From NCBI GenBank assembly GCA_965603825.1, contig CBFDEM010000044.1, positions 620,001 to 684,000 of the forward strand: a stretch of DNA of 64,000 nucleotides. Direction: 5' to 3'. Positions within the stretch are counted from its first letter, which is position 1. Every line of letters begins with the position of its first letter. Shown here in pieces: positions 50,553 to 61,693 of the stretch. The notes under the pieces are model-generated. The model was given only the letters and a program-made list of their open reading frames with translations. It had not been told where the DNA came from and did not search any database. A program made the translations under genes and the position numbers. The DNA is from Blepharisma stoltei ATCC 30299 (Eukaryota; Protista; Ciliophora).

Positions 50553-51274
50553 TTACTCAGCTTTCTTAATCTTCACAAATCAAGGCAAACTTTGTCCTGC
50601 TCGGCGCCTTATTTTGTATTTTCTATATCTTTTCTTTACAATAAAATACATGTCTAACAACCATTTTAATGAATCCATTTCTATATAAAATCCCACTATT
50701 CTTAGTAGCCAAAAAGCATTCCACGATGTTGCGATTCCATAAGTTATTGGTCAAAGAATAAGTCTCATAATTAAGAAGGCTACTATAAAGGCCAATTCAG
50801 CAAGTAAATAGGACTTTGCTTCCTTTTGTCCAGCATATTTTAGTATTTTTTTTATATGTAAGAATAGATTAGAAACCATAGCAAAAAAAGTTCCATAAAT
50901 AATTTTAACTGTGCCATATGTTCCTGAAACCCCAGTTAAATCTGCAGCAAATGTAAGACCATGATAAAGCATAATAAAGTTATCATAGATCCCAAATTTT
51001 CAAATACGCAATGTATCATAAATAAAATAGCCTAAAGAAATCGCAATACCGTAAGTTCAAAGTCGTCATTTATGTTTCCCATTCGCCGGCCGGTAGAAAT
51101 TGCCATTGTGATTGAAACAAGTAAAAAGAGTCCGTGGATGAAAGAAACAATGCGATTTCGAAAATTCGAAAGTTCTTTGGTAGGCAAATTTATATTGACT
51201 ACCAGAGATACAAGGATAAACACGATTGCCCATACAAGAACTGAAAAGAGAACTACAGGCAAATAATTAATCTT
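50553..51274 (-). pseudogene. Near-complete TLC-domain pseudogene (best-preserved relative of the dispersed relics)
   Basis: NFRNRIVSFIHG...GYFIYD...LLAELAFIVAFLIMR...KRY...GQSLPWF; start appears mutated to AAG; 1-nt deletion near 51047. Confidence 0.82.
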
Positions 51275-51440
51275 TTTTTATAATAGTAAATATGCAATTT
51301 CAGTTTAAATTAATAATAAACTTTGCTTGCTCTTGGATTTTTAAAATTTATATTAAGCTAAACTGTTAATTTTGAAAATATTAAAAATTTGGCAAATTAT
51401 TTATTTTAATACTAAAAGCAAATTATGAAATTTTTGATAT

Positions 51441-51735
51441 ATTAAACTTGGGTTATCGTGAATTGTAAGCAGCCGATGCCGCATATATATATTTTACATT
51501 CACCGTCCATGAATACAATTTTGATCAAAATAAGCTTGGTATGCTGCTCTGCCGCTATAATTAATATGCGATGTTCCTAGAATTTTTCGATTTCTTAGTT
51601 GACTTGGCTCACTTTCATATATATTTTTAGAGCTTTCAATTAAAAATACTCGGCTTTTTGTTAGGATCAAGATTTTGTAAGTATATGCTGCAAATTTAAG
51701 ATAAATTTCATTATTAATATCTTGATTATAATTAT
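51441..51735 (-). pseudogene. Family 1 decayed 3'-end fragment
   Basis: Homologous to the QDIYNEIYLNFAA..RVFLIESSKNIYESEP..AAYQAYF segment. Confidence 0.7.
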
Positions 51736-52314
51736 ACTTTTTTGGTGGGAGGTTATTTAAAGCACTTATAAGGGCTAGAGTTTATTTTGATAAGATATTT
51801 TCCAGTTTAAAACTATTAAATTTGAATAGACTTTCATGAGATTTTGATCTAATTATATAATAAAACTATAAATAAAATTTTTAAATTTAATTTGAATTTA
51901 TTTTCATTTTTTAATTATTTATTAAAATGAAGCTTTTCCAAAGTAAGAGATGGTATCACTACATAATTTAAATAAAATGGAAAATTTAGATTTAGATTTA
52001 AATAGAAATGTTTAGTTGCGATCCTACTTATTAAAATTTTTGAATTAATTAGGCAATCTCAAATCAATAGGCTTATCTATCATGTGAAATAGCTAGCTTA
52101 ATTATGGCTGTGCGCGATAGCAAGGCAATTTTTGTCCGTAATGAACTTTGAAACTATTTTAAAATACATAAGAATTATATAAAATTAGAAAAACAAGTAA
52201 CTGAGGCTATTTTCAAGTTTAAGATAATCTCAAAATTTTTGCCAAAAATCAAGCTTGATAGCCACTTAAGAGCTTTAGAACAGTTTAAACTTATTTTACT
52301 CTACTAATTTCTAT

Positions 52315-53015
52315 TTAATTAAAATCCAGGACAAGCTTTTTTCTTCCCTTACTCTGACTTGATGATCTCGATATCTTTTTTACAAAATATTAAATAAAGA
52401 TGTTACCTAATAAAGGAATAAAATTTTCAACAATAATCCTGTGGCTCTTTTCGGCCAAAGCACACACTCCAAGATGTCACTAGCAAGCAAATCATCACTG
52501 ACCTCATCACAAATCTTGCAAAAATAAACGTAAAAATATGTGCCAGCTCAGCACACAAGTACATTTTGTTTCTCTTTTTTATTGTATATCTAAATATTTC
52601 TTGCAGCGGTAAATTAGTAGAACTCCAAAATAGACCCATATATTATGTCCAAATCCCATTCCTGCAGAATAAGACACAAACTGCTCCTAAAATTATGAGT
52701 TAATGATGACACGATAAATGAATTTGTAAGTTGAAGCTTTATTTTGTAGATTGTATTGAATATATATTATCCTAACACACAAAAAATTGTGCTAACTTCA
52801 AAATTGCCATTGTCTAAGCCCAATGACTTTCCGCTTGCAAGTGTAATGGCAATGATTGTGAGGTAAAGCATGGCAAACACAAAAGTAGCCATGCGGCTTC
52901 TGATATCCCAAAGCTCTCTTCAGGTAAATCAATCTTTATGAGATGTAAGACCAAGCAGAAGAGAGAAGTCCAAAATATAACTGATGCTGATAAAGTCGAA
53001 TAAGTTGGCTATCAT
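52315..53015 (-). pseudogene. TLC-domain pseudogene closely related to 13424..14134
   Basis: LWDIRSRMATF, YLCAELAHIFTFIFARF, VTSWSV, EGKKLVLDF; multiple frameshifts and stops. Confidence 0.8.
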
Positions 53016-53461
53016 TTGATAATTTAAATAAATGATAAGGCTCCAAGAAAGAAATTATTTTGCGAGAATTTATTTTTTAAAGTTCGTAGTGATGATTTAT
53101 AAATTCTGAAAACGATGGGAGTGCTTAATTTTTAAATCAAACTAAAGTAAAATTCAAAAATTTTATAGTTCATTTCGAGGCATTCTAAGAGAAATGAGAA
53201 TTTTTAAATTAATTATATTAATTCGCTTTGTAAAGCATATTTTAGAAAGAAATATAAATATGCTATGAGCAGCATTTCTTTGAGCATAAAATGAGGGCAT
53301 AGCATCATAATTAAAATGGAAAGATAAATGAGGATTTTTATAGTTTAACTTATAAATTTCTATCCAAAAGAGCATGAAAACGTTGGCAATAACAAATTAA
53401 TTTTTCAAATTATTTATTTTGACTTTAAGAAGCAAATTGAATTATTGGAAATTTTGATTTA

Positions 53462-54718
53462 TTATATCTGAGTTATCGTTAATTGTAAGCTCTTCATATC
53501 AAATTTATATATTCTACAATCACTGTCCATGAAATAGCAACTTTGATTAAAATAAACTTGATATGCTGCTCTGGAACCATAGCTAATCTGCGATGCTCCT
53601 ATAATTTTCCAATTGCTTAGTTGACTTGAATTACTTTCATATATATTTTTTCCGGATTCGATCAAAAATACTCGATTTTCTGCCTGGAGCAAGACTTTCC
53701 TGGTATTAGCTGCAAAGTTGCAATAAATTTTATTATATATATCTTGCTTATGATTATATAAATATAGTTCGCTACTTTGAAACCCAACAAATGCGATTCC
53801 ATAATTGCCTGCAATACATGAAACGCGGCTTAGATTTTCTTTGAGAGGGCGAATTTCATACCACTTATCAGTTGATAACTCATATTTTGCTGCTTGATTC
53901 CATGCATTACCTTGAGCATTAAATCCTCCAAATAAGTAAATAAAGCCATCATAATACACAGCACCCATATTTCCTGAAGGATTTCCATCTGAAAGCTGTT
54001 TAATAATGCTATTTGGATACAATATAAATGCTGTTCCTTCTCCAGGATAATTGCCATAACAAAATATAGATTTATCAGGAATAAGACACATAGAAATAGC
54101 ATGAGGATGACTAACATTGTTTTGAAGAATATATATCTGCTTCTCAGACTTTGAATAATTGGTTAAATTTACTCTAACTGAGTTTTTTGTGTTATTTCTA
54201 AAAAATACAATTTCATTGTTTTCAATATCATCGGCTCTATCATTTTTGTTCAATTCAAAATCGGAATGATTAAACTTGCACCCGAACTCATCCAACTTTT
54301 TTTGGGCACTATCTGGATCTAAGCTTAATAGCTTTTCAAGTGGATTTTGATTTATTTTTGGTATTTTTTTTATCGAGCTAATGCTTCTAATTAAATCAAC
54401 TTGATTTATTCTTATTTTTTCAATATTTTCTAGCGCTTTAATAAGTGATAATTTTAACTCTTGTATTTTCTTATATGTGTCTTTTATTAAGTTTTCTTTT
54501 ATATCAAGCAATTCTTTTGATAATTTATGCAGCTCTTCAATTAGGTTTTCTTTATATTTTTGATTTACTTTTATTTCTAAGATTTCAAACTTGTGCTCTT
54601 CAATAGAAGTAGCTTGAGCATACTTATACATGTGGATTTTGCAAGAGTAGCTGGGAGAATCCATATATTTGAAGAGAACTTTGACTTTATTTTTGCATCC
54701 TTGCTTTCAGCATTCCAT
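53462..54718 (-). CDS. Family 1 copy N, intact 418 aa but with degenerate Zn ligands
   Basis: Open frame; N-terminus MECWKQGCKNKVKVLFKYMDSPSYSCKIHMYKY (CxC changed to FKY, H changed to Y). Confidence 0.85.
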
Positions 54719-54930
54719 GATTAAGATAAATTTATAGATTCATGAAAATGATTAATAAAAATTATTGCATTCTTAATCATTTGAATATAATGTACCTAAA
54801 GGAAATTAGGATCTATAAAAATACGAAAGATTTTTAAAAATCATTTATTTAATCACAAAAGGAAGTTCAATATCTCCACTTGATTTTTTGATTATGCATA
54901 ATTCACAGTAAAAAGTAAGCAAAAATCCTC

Positions 54931-55181
54931 TAAGTGCTTGATCAAAACGCGAACACGAGCTCTGGTTCTTGTAAAATAATTAAGCCATTCTAAAATCTCG
55001 CTCTATCGTTGAACTAATTGCTCTTTTCAAGAGAGCTGATACTTTATTTTCTAGTCTTTGGGGTTTAATGACTGCTCAATAAAGTGTTGATCGAACCTCC
55101 TGCTTGAGCTTGGTTAAGCTTGAATATGTAATCTTCAATAGATTAAATTTATTTAAGTAAGCTGGCCTGAATTTGATTCAT
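54931..55181 (-). pseudogene. 5' fragment of Kelch-like family 2
   Basis: SIEDYI.KL...LENK.SALLKRAI..TIERDFR duplicates 56240-56485 with stops. Confidence 0.75.
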
Positions 55182-55435
55182 ATTAAGTGTTGCTTATATG
55201 AGCTAGACCACTAAATTTAATTTATTAAAATATCGTTGCTATAAAATACTGACTACATTTTTGATAGAAAGAAGCCCTGCAGTGAGATTTATAGCAAAAG
55301 CAAAAAAAAATATCAGAATATATCTAATTTTCCAAAATTATCCCTAATTTTAATGAAATTATAGTTAAAAAGACTTACTAATAAACCCTCGAAAAAAAGT
55401 TTTAAATTGGAAAATATAAAAGACTAATAAATATT

Positions 55436-56485
55436 TTATAGTTTAGTCATCAGCTTTAACCCCAAAGAAAATCTGTAGTAGTGTGGCTCTTCATCATTTT
55501 GCAAAGTCCCAATATAGATGCCGCCTTTATTATATGAGCAATTCACATGAAAAGGATTATCACTAATTATATTTTCCTTAATTTTTTTTCAAGCATATTC
55601 GTTTCCAACATCGCTTTCATAAATAAATCCATTTCGACACTCAAACAAATACAGCCTTTCTTCTACATTTATCAAGATTTTTCTTTTGCATATTGAAAAT
55701 TCATAAGGGATTGTGGAATAAGAGTCAATATCGATTGAGTATAATAATAGATGCTTATTCTCTAATCCAGAAATCAAAATATCCCCCTTAAATATCACGC
55801 TATGGCTCATATAGTAAGCCTGTGGCATTGGAGCAATGTCAAATCAACAATTTCTATCAAAATCATATCTACGAGATCGAGCTAATTGACTATCATTTCA
55901 TTTTTCTCCGAAGCAGTAAACATTTCTATTTAAATAGATAGCTGATGAACCAAAATAATACGATTCATATTGCAATTTTCGAAATTCATAGTTTCTGTCA
56001 ATTATAAATGTACTTTCAGAAAACCCATTTTTACCTACAACAAATAATTCACCATTTGGAAGTTGAGTAATTGCTGCGTAAAAGCAATCTAAAGATTCAG
56101 AAATTTCTAAAATTTTATTTTCTTTTGTTTCACTTTCAGTGTTATAAACATATAAATGATTTTTACTATTTGCCTCTGAAATAAAATAAAGAGATGAGAA
56201 ATGATGATAAGTGGTAATATACTCATTATAAGCTTTGCTGAGCGCTTCGTCAAAACGTGAACTCTGATTCTTGTAAAATAAATAAGTCGTCCTGAAATCT
56301 CGCTCTATTGTAGGGCCAATTGCTCTTTTCAAGAGCACTGATCTCTTATTTTCTAGCTCTTTAGGGTTTAATAACTGATCAATCGAGTGCTGATCGAGTC
56401 CTCATCTTTGGGTGGGCTTAAGTTTGGATATGTAATCTTCAATAGATTTAGCACAGTTAAATAAGTTGGCCTTATTTTGATCCAT
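55436..56485 (-). CDS. Kelch-like family 2 protein, intact 349 aa
   Basis: Track ORFs 55898..56338 and 55589..55828 join through TGA; helical N-terminus, then ITQLPNGELFVVG, SSAIYLNRNVYCFG, YDFDRNCWFDIAPMP, RLYLFEC; TAA at 55438-55436. Confidence 0.82.
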
Positions 56486-56961
56486 TTAGGGTAATTATAT
56501 GAGTTAGATTTAAATTTGAATTATTAAAATTATTAATTACTTAAATGGTACAGGTTATATACCTTAGCACCTCAAAATATATCCGGCCTACTCTATAGGT
56601 GCGCCAGGAGTTGCTGGATTTATTTCGATTATCAAGTGAAATTGGTATATTCAAAACTAACTAATGTGCATGCTTATAAATGAAAATACCGAAGCGATCT
56701 ATGAATGAAATTTAGTGCTATTTCTATAATGCGGCCACTATTTCTTGCCCTTTTAAAGGATTTTTGCTTACTTTAAATATGAATTCTGGAAAATAAAACG
56801 AAAATGAAAAATCAAGTAAGGATTTGAGCTAGGCTCTTCTGATGCTTAAATAATAATTATCGATTTCATTTTTGTTTCTAAATTCTTATATATTTCGTAT
56901 TCTTTCTTTCAGAATGAAATGGCCTTATCAATTATTCCATTTTCTTGAATCAATAATAATC

Positions 56962-58216
56962 ATGGAATGCTGAATGCCGGGATGTCGAAATAAAGTTAAA
57001 GTTTTCTGCTAATGTGTGGATCCTGCCAGCTACTCTTGCACACTCATATATATGAGCATCTTCAAATTACTTCTTTTTTAAAGCATAACCCTCAAACCTT
57101 AAAAATAAAAATAAATCCAAAAAACAAGGAAGCTTTAATTGAAGAGCTGCAAAAGCTATCAGAAGAATTACTTGATATAAAAGAAAACTTAATCAGAGAT
57201 ACATATAAGAAAATACAAGAATTAGAATTATCACTTATTGAGGCGCTTAAACGTTTGATAAAATAAGACTAAATCAAGATGAATTAATTAGAAAGATTGA
57301 CTCCATAACAAAATTACCAAAAATAAATCAAAATCCAGTTGAAAAACTATTAAGTCTAGATCCAGATATTGCCCCAAAAAAGTTGAACGAGTTTGGGTGC
57401 AATTTTGATCGTTCCGATTTTGAATTAAACAAAAATGACAGAACCGATGCTATTGAAAACAATGAATTTGTATTTTTTAGGGGAGGCACAAAAAACTATG
57501 TTAGAGTAAATTCGACTAATTCTTCAAAGTTTGAGCAGCAGATAGACGTTCTTCAAGATAATGTTATTTATCCTGATGCTATTTCTATGTGTCTTCTTCC
57601 TGATAAATCTATATTTTGTTATGGCAATTATCCTGGAGAAGGAACAGCATTTATATTGTATCCAAATAGCACTGTTAAACAGCTTTCAGATGGAGATCCG
57701 TCAGGAGGTATGGATGCTGTGCATCATGATGGCTTTATTTACTTATTTGGAGGATGAAATGCTGCAGGTAATTTATCGAATCAAGCAGCAAAATATGAAT
57801 TATCAGCTGATAAGTGGTATAAAATTCGCCCTCTGAAGGAAAATCTAAGTCCCGTTTCATGTATTGCAGGCAATTATGGAATCGCATTTGTTGGGTATCA
57901 AAGTAGCGAACTATATTCATATAATCATAAACAAGATATTTATAATGAAATCTATCGCAACTTTGCAGCTAATACTTATAAACTTTTGCTTCAGGCAGAA
58001 AATCGAATATTTTTAATCGAGTCCGAAAAAAATATATATGAAAGTGAGCCAAATCAACTAAGCAATTGGAAAACTATAGGATCATCGAAGATTAGTTATG
58101 GTTACAGAGTAGCATACCAAGTTTATTTCAATCAAAGTTGCTATTTCATGGACTGGGAATATAAAATATATAAATTTAATATGAAGAGCTTACAATTAAT
58201 GATGACTCAGGTATAG
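56962..58216 (+). pseudogene. Family 1 copy O (premature TAA, frameshifts); N-terminus closest to chimeric copy B
   Basis: TGC TAA at ~57010 and indels near 57040 and 57255; propeller frame open to TAG 58216. Confidence 0.85.
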
Positions 58217-58369
58217 TGAATCAAAATTCAATAATTTAATTATTTTTTAGCATCAAAACAAAAATTTGTAATATAAATTTCGCAATCGACAAAATTTAAT
58301 ATAAATCCTCAAATTCAAAGAGCTAGGCATAGTTTATTATTTATATAAGCTTGGAAATTAAATATTTCA

Positions 58370-58960
58370 TGGTCAATCCTTTGCTCATAGCTCTCCTTTT
58401 GGCTCCTGTATAGGCAATCGTGTTTATCACCGCATCTCTAGTAATCAATATAGCGAATTGTTTCCTTTATCGATGGACTCTATTTATTTGCCCCACCACA
58501 TGGCAATTTGACGAAACGACGAATGTAAGACCTAAATAGCGGTTTAAAATTTCGGCAATTGAGTTATTTAAGCTTTTTTATGTAAGAATGGATTAGAAAC
58601 TTCAGCAAAAAAGTTTCATATATAATTTCAATTGTACTGAACACCCAGTTAATTATCCAACAATTGTAAGGCCATGATGAAGCATAATAAAGTTATAATA
58701 GATCCCTAATTTTCACATATGCAATGTATCGTAAATAAAATAGCCTAAGTCGCTATTACCAAGATTTCAAAGTCGCCATTTAGGTCTCCTATTGGCTAGT
58801 AGTAATTGCGATTGCAATTAAAGCAAGAAAAATAGTCCATGGATGAAAAAACAATAGATTTCAGAAATCCAAAGCTCTTTGGTATGCAAATTTGTATTGA
58901 CTACCAGAGATGCATGGATTAAAACGATGGCAAAAACAGTAGCTAGATTAGAGGATCACC
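58370..58960. pseudogene. Tail-to-tail pair of TLC relics, duplicate of 33020..33620
   Basis: Near-identical sequence including the inversion junction. Confidence 0.65.
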
Positions 58961-59131
58961 CATTTTTTTAGTAGTAAATATATATTTTCAGGTTTAAATT
59001 AATAATAAGCTTTGCTTACTCTTGAATTTTGAATATTTATTAGTTAAATTTTAAAAATAATAAACTAAATATAGCAAATTATTTGTCTTGATTCTAAAAA
59101 AGCAAATTAAATTATTGGAAATTTTTATTAA

Positions 59132-60508
59132 TTATAGCTGATTCATCGTTAATTGTAAGCTCTTCATATCAAATTTATATAGTTTATCATTATTGTCCAT
59201 GAAATAGCAACTTTGATTGAAATAAACTTTATATGCTACTCCGCGACCAAAGCTAATCTGCGCTGCTCCTATAATTTTCCAATTCGTTAGTTGATTTGAT
59301 TCACTTTCATATATGTTTTTTCCTGATTCGATTAAAAGCACTCGATTTTCTGCCTGGAGCAAGACTTTGTTAGTATTTGCTGCAAATTTGAGATAAATTT
59401 CATTATAAATATCTTGCTTATGATGATATAAATATAGTTTGCTACTTTCATACCCAACAAATGCGATTCCATAATTGCCTGCAATACATGAAACGCGGCT
59501 TAGAACTTCATTCAGAGGACAAATTTTATATCACTTATCAGTTGATAGCTCATATTTTGCTGCTTTATTCAATTCATTACCATAAGCATCTCATCCTCCA
59601 AATAAGTAAAATAAAGCCATCATGATGCACAGAACCCATACCTGCTGACGGATCTCCATCTGAAAGTTGTTTAATAGTGCTATTTGGATACAATATAAAT
59701 GCTGCTCCAGATACAGGATAATTGCCATAACAAAATATAGATTTATCAGGAAGAAGACACATAGAAATATTAGAAGAATATTTAACATTGTTTTGAAGAA
59801 GTCTATCTGCTGCTCAGACTTTGAAAAATCGGTCAAATTTACTCTAACTGAGTTTTTTTGTGCCTTGCCTAAAAAATACAATTTCATTGTTTTCAACAGC
59901 ATTGTTTTCAACAGCATTGTTTTCAGCAGCACTGCTTTCAACAGCATTGTTTTCAACAGCATTGCTTTTAACAGCATTGCTTTCAACAGCATTGCTTTCA
60001 ACAGCATTGCTTTCAACAGCATTGATTCTGTAATTTTTGTTCAATTCAAAATCGGAACAATTAAAACTGCACCCAAACTCATTCAATTTTTTCTGGCAAT
60101 ATCTGGATCTAAACTTAATAGCTCTTCAAATGGATTTTGATTTATATTTCGTATTTTTTTTTACCGAGTCAAATCTTTTTAATTAAATCAACTTGATTCA
60201 ATCTTATTTTATCAATACGTTTTAGTGACTCAATGAGTGATAATTCTAACTCTTGTATTTTCTTATATGTTTCTTTTATTAGATTTTCTTTTATATCAAG
60301 CATTTCTTTTGATAATTTACACAGCTCTTCAATTAGGGCTTCCTTATGCTTTTGATTGGTTTTAATTTAAAGTGTTCAAACTTGTGTTCTTTAATAGAAG
60401 CAACTTTAAAATGCTTATAGATATGGATTTCGCAAGAGAAGCTGGGAGGTTCCACACATCTGCAGAAAACTTTGACTTTATTTTTGCATCTTGCTTTCAG
60501 CATTCCAT
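59132..60508 (-). pseudogene. Family 1 copy P with several 1-nt indels and a linker minisatellite
   Basis: Full-length homology; indels near 60490, 60360, 60170, 60090, 59855, 59790 and 59610. Confidence 0.8.
59885..60024. repeat. 15-bp coding minisatellite, about 9 units (NAVES/NAVEN)
   Basis: CATTG(T/C)TTTCAACAG repeated about 9 times; paralogs have one unit. Confidence 0.92.
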
Positions 60509-61114
60509 GATTAAGATATTTATAGATTCAACAAAATGACTAATAAAAATCATTGTATTCTTATACATTTCCATATAATTTATCTAAAGAGAATTTAGCA
60601 TCTATAATATTCAAGAATTACTATAATTTATTGCATAAATTGCTTAGTCATTAAACCTTCTTGAACTAATATGCTTTAAAGCTTGATTTGGTGTAATATA
60701 CTTCTGAACTTAAACAACATATTTATAATTGCCGCTGGTTTTTCACTTTGTCTGCAATTTTTGGAGCTTTTGTATTTATTTCGATTATCAAGTGAAATTG
60801 GACATATTCAAAATTAACTTATGTAAGTGCTTATAAATGAAAATACCGAAGCGATCTGCTAAGAAATTTTAGTGACGATTTCTATTTTTTGCCTTTGTTT
60901 AAGGACTTTTGCTTACTTTAACTGTGAATTCTGGAAATCAAAATGAAAAATCAAGTAAAGATTTTAGCTAGCTGCTTCTGATGCTTAAATAATAATTATA
61001 GATTTAATTTTAATATTTTTTATTCTAAATTCTTTTATATTTCATATTCTTCCTTTTCAGGATAAATCGCTTTATCAATTATTCCATTTTCTTGAATCTA
61101 TAATAATGCTAATC

Positions 61115-61205
61115 ATGGAATGCTGAATGCAGGGGTGTCAAATAAAGTTAAAGTTTTCTGAAAATGTGTGAATCCTGTCAGCTACTCTTGCAGAATTTAT
61201 ATATA
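61115..61205 (+). pseudogene. Family 1 copy Q, 5' stub with plus-type upstream region
   Basis: ATGGAATGCTGAATGCAGGGGTG...CTACTCTTGC, then homology is lost. Confidence 0.75.
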
Positions 61206-61693
61206 TTAGTGGCTATATGCTTTTCATCAGAAGCATTTCCTCTTGCAGGCTTTTCGAACTCTATTATCCAAACTTTTTTCTCTTCAGATATTTGGTCAAA
61301 AATACCAGTCTTTGTAAGCAAATATCTGATGAAAAAAAACTTCAATCAAATGACTAAAGAAATCACAATTAGCGTTCCATTTGCTGGCTAATAGAAATTG
61401 CCAAAGCTAAAACAAGTAAAAAGAGTCCATATATGAAGAAAGCAATAGATTTCATAAATATAAATCTTTAGTAGGGATATTTGTATACTACATAGGATAC
61501 AAGGATAAGCACAATTGTTGATACAGAAGCAACTTTAGACAATTAATTAGTTTTATAATAGTAAATATTTAATTTTCAGGTTTAAATTAATAACAAACTT
61601 AGCTTGCTCTTGGATTTTGAAAATCGCAAATTAATTTTACAAATTATTTGTTTTGATGCTAAAAGCTAATTAAATTATTTAAATTTTGAATGA

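Noticed and set aside
24150-57836. Recurrent MLV..FLCVFFLINLYFAM.. ORFs and antisense CCSDFEK ORFs as an overlapping gene family
   Set aside because: They are alternative-frame or antisense translations of the conserved propeller exon; recurrence follows from the duplication itself and their ends vary.
59885-60024. CRISPR-like array, or the MLLKA-repeat ORF 59591..60022
   Set aside because: Contiguous 15-bp units without spacers inside a eukaryotic coding linker; MLLKA is an alternative frame of the NAVES repeat.
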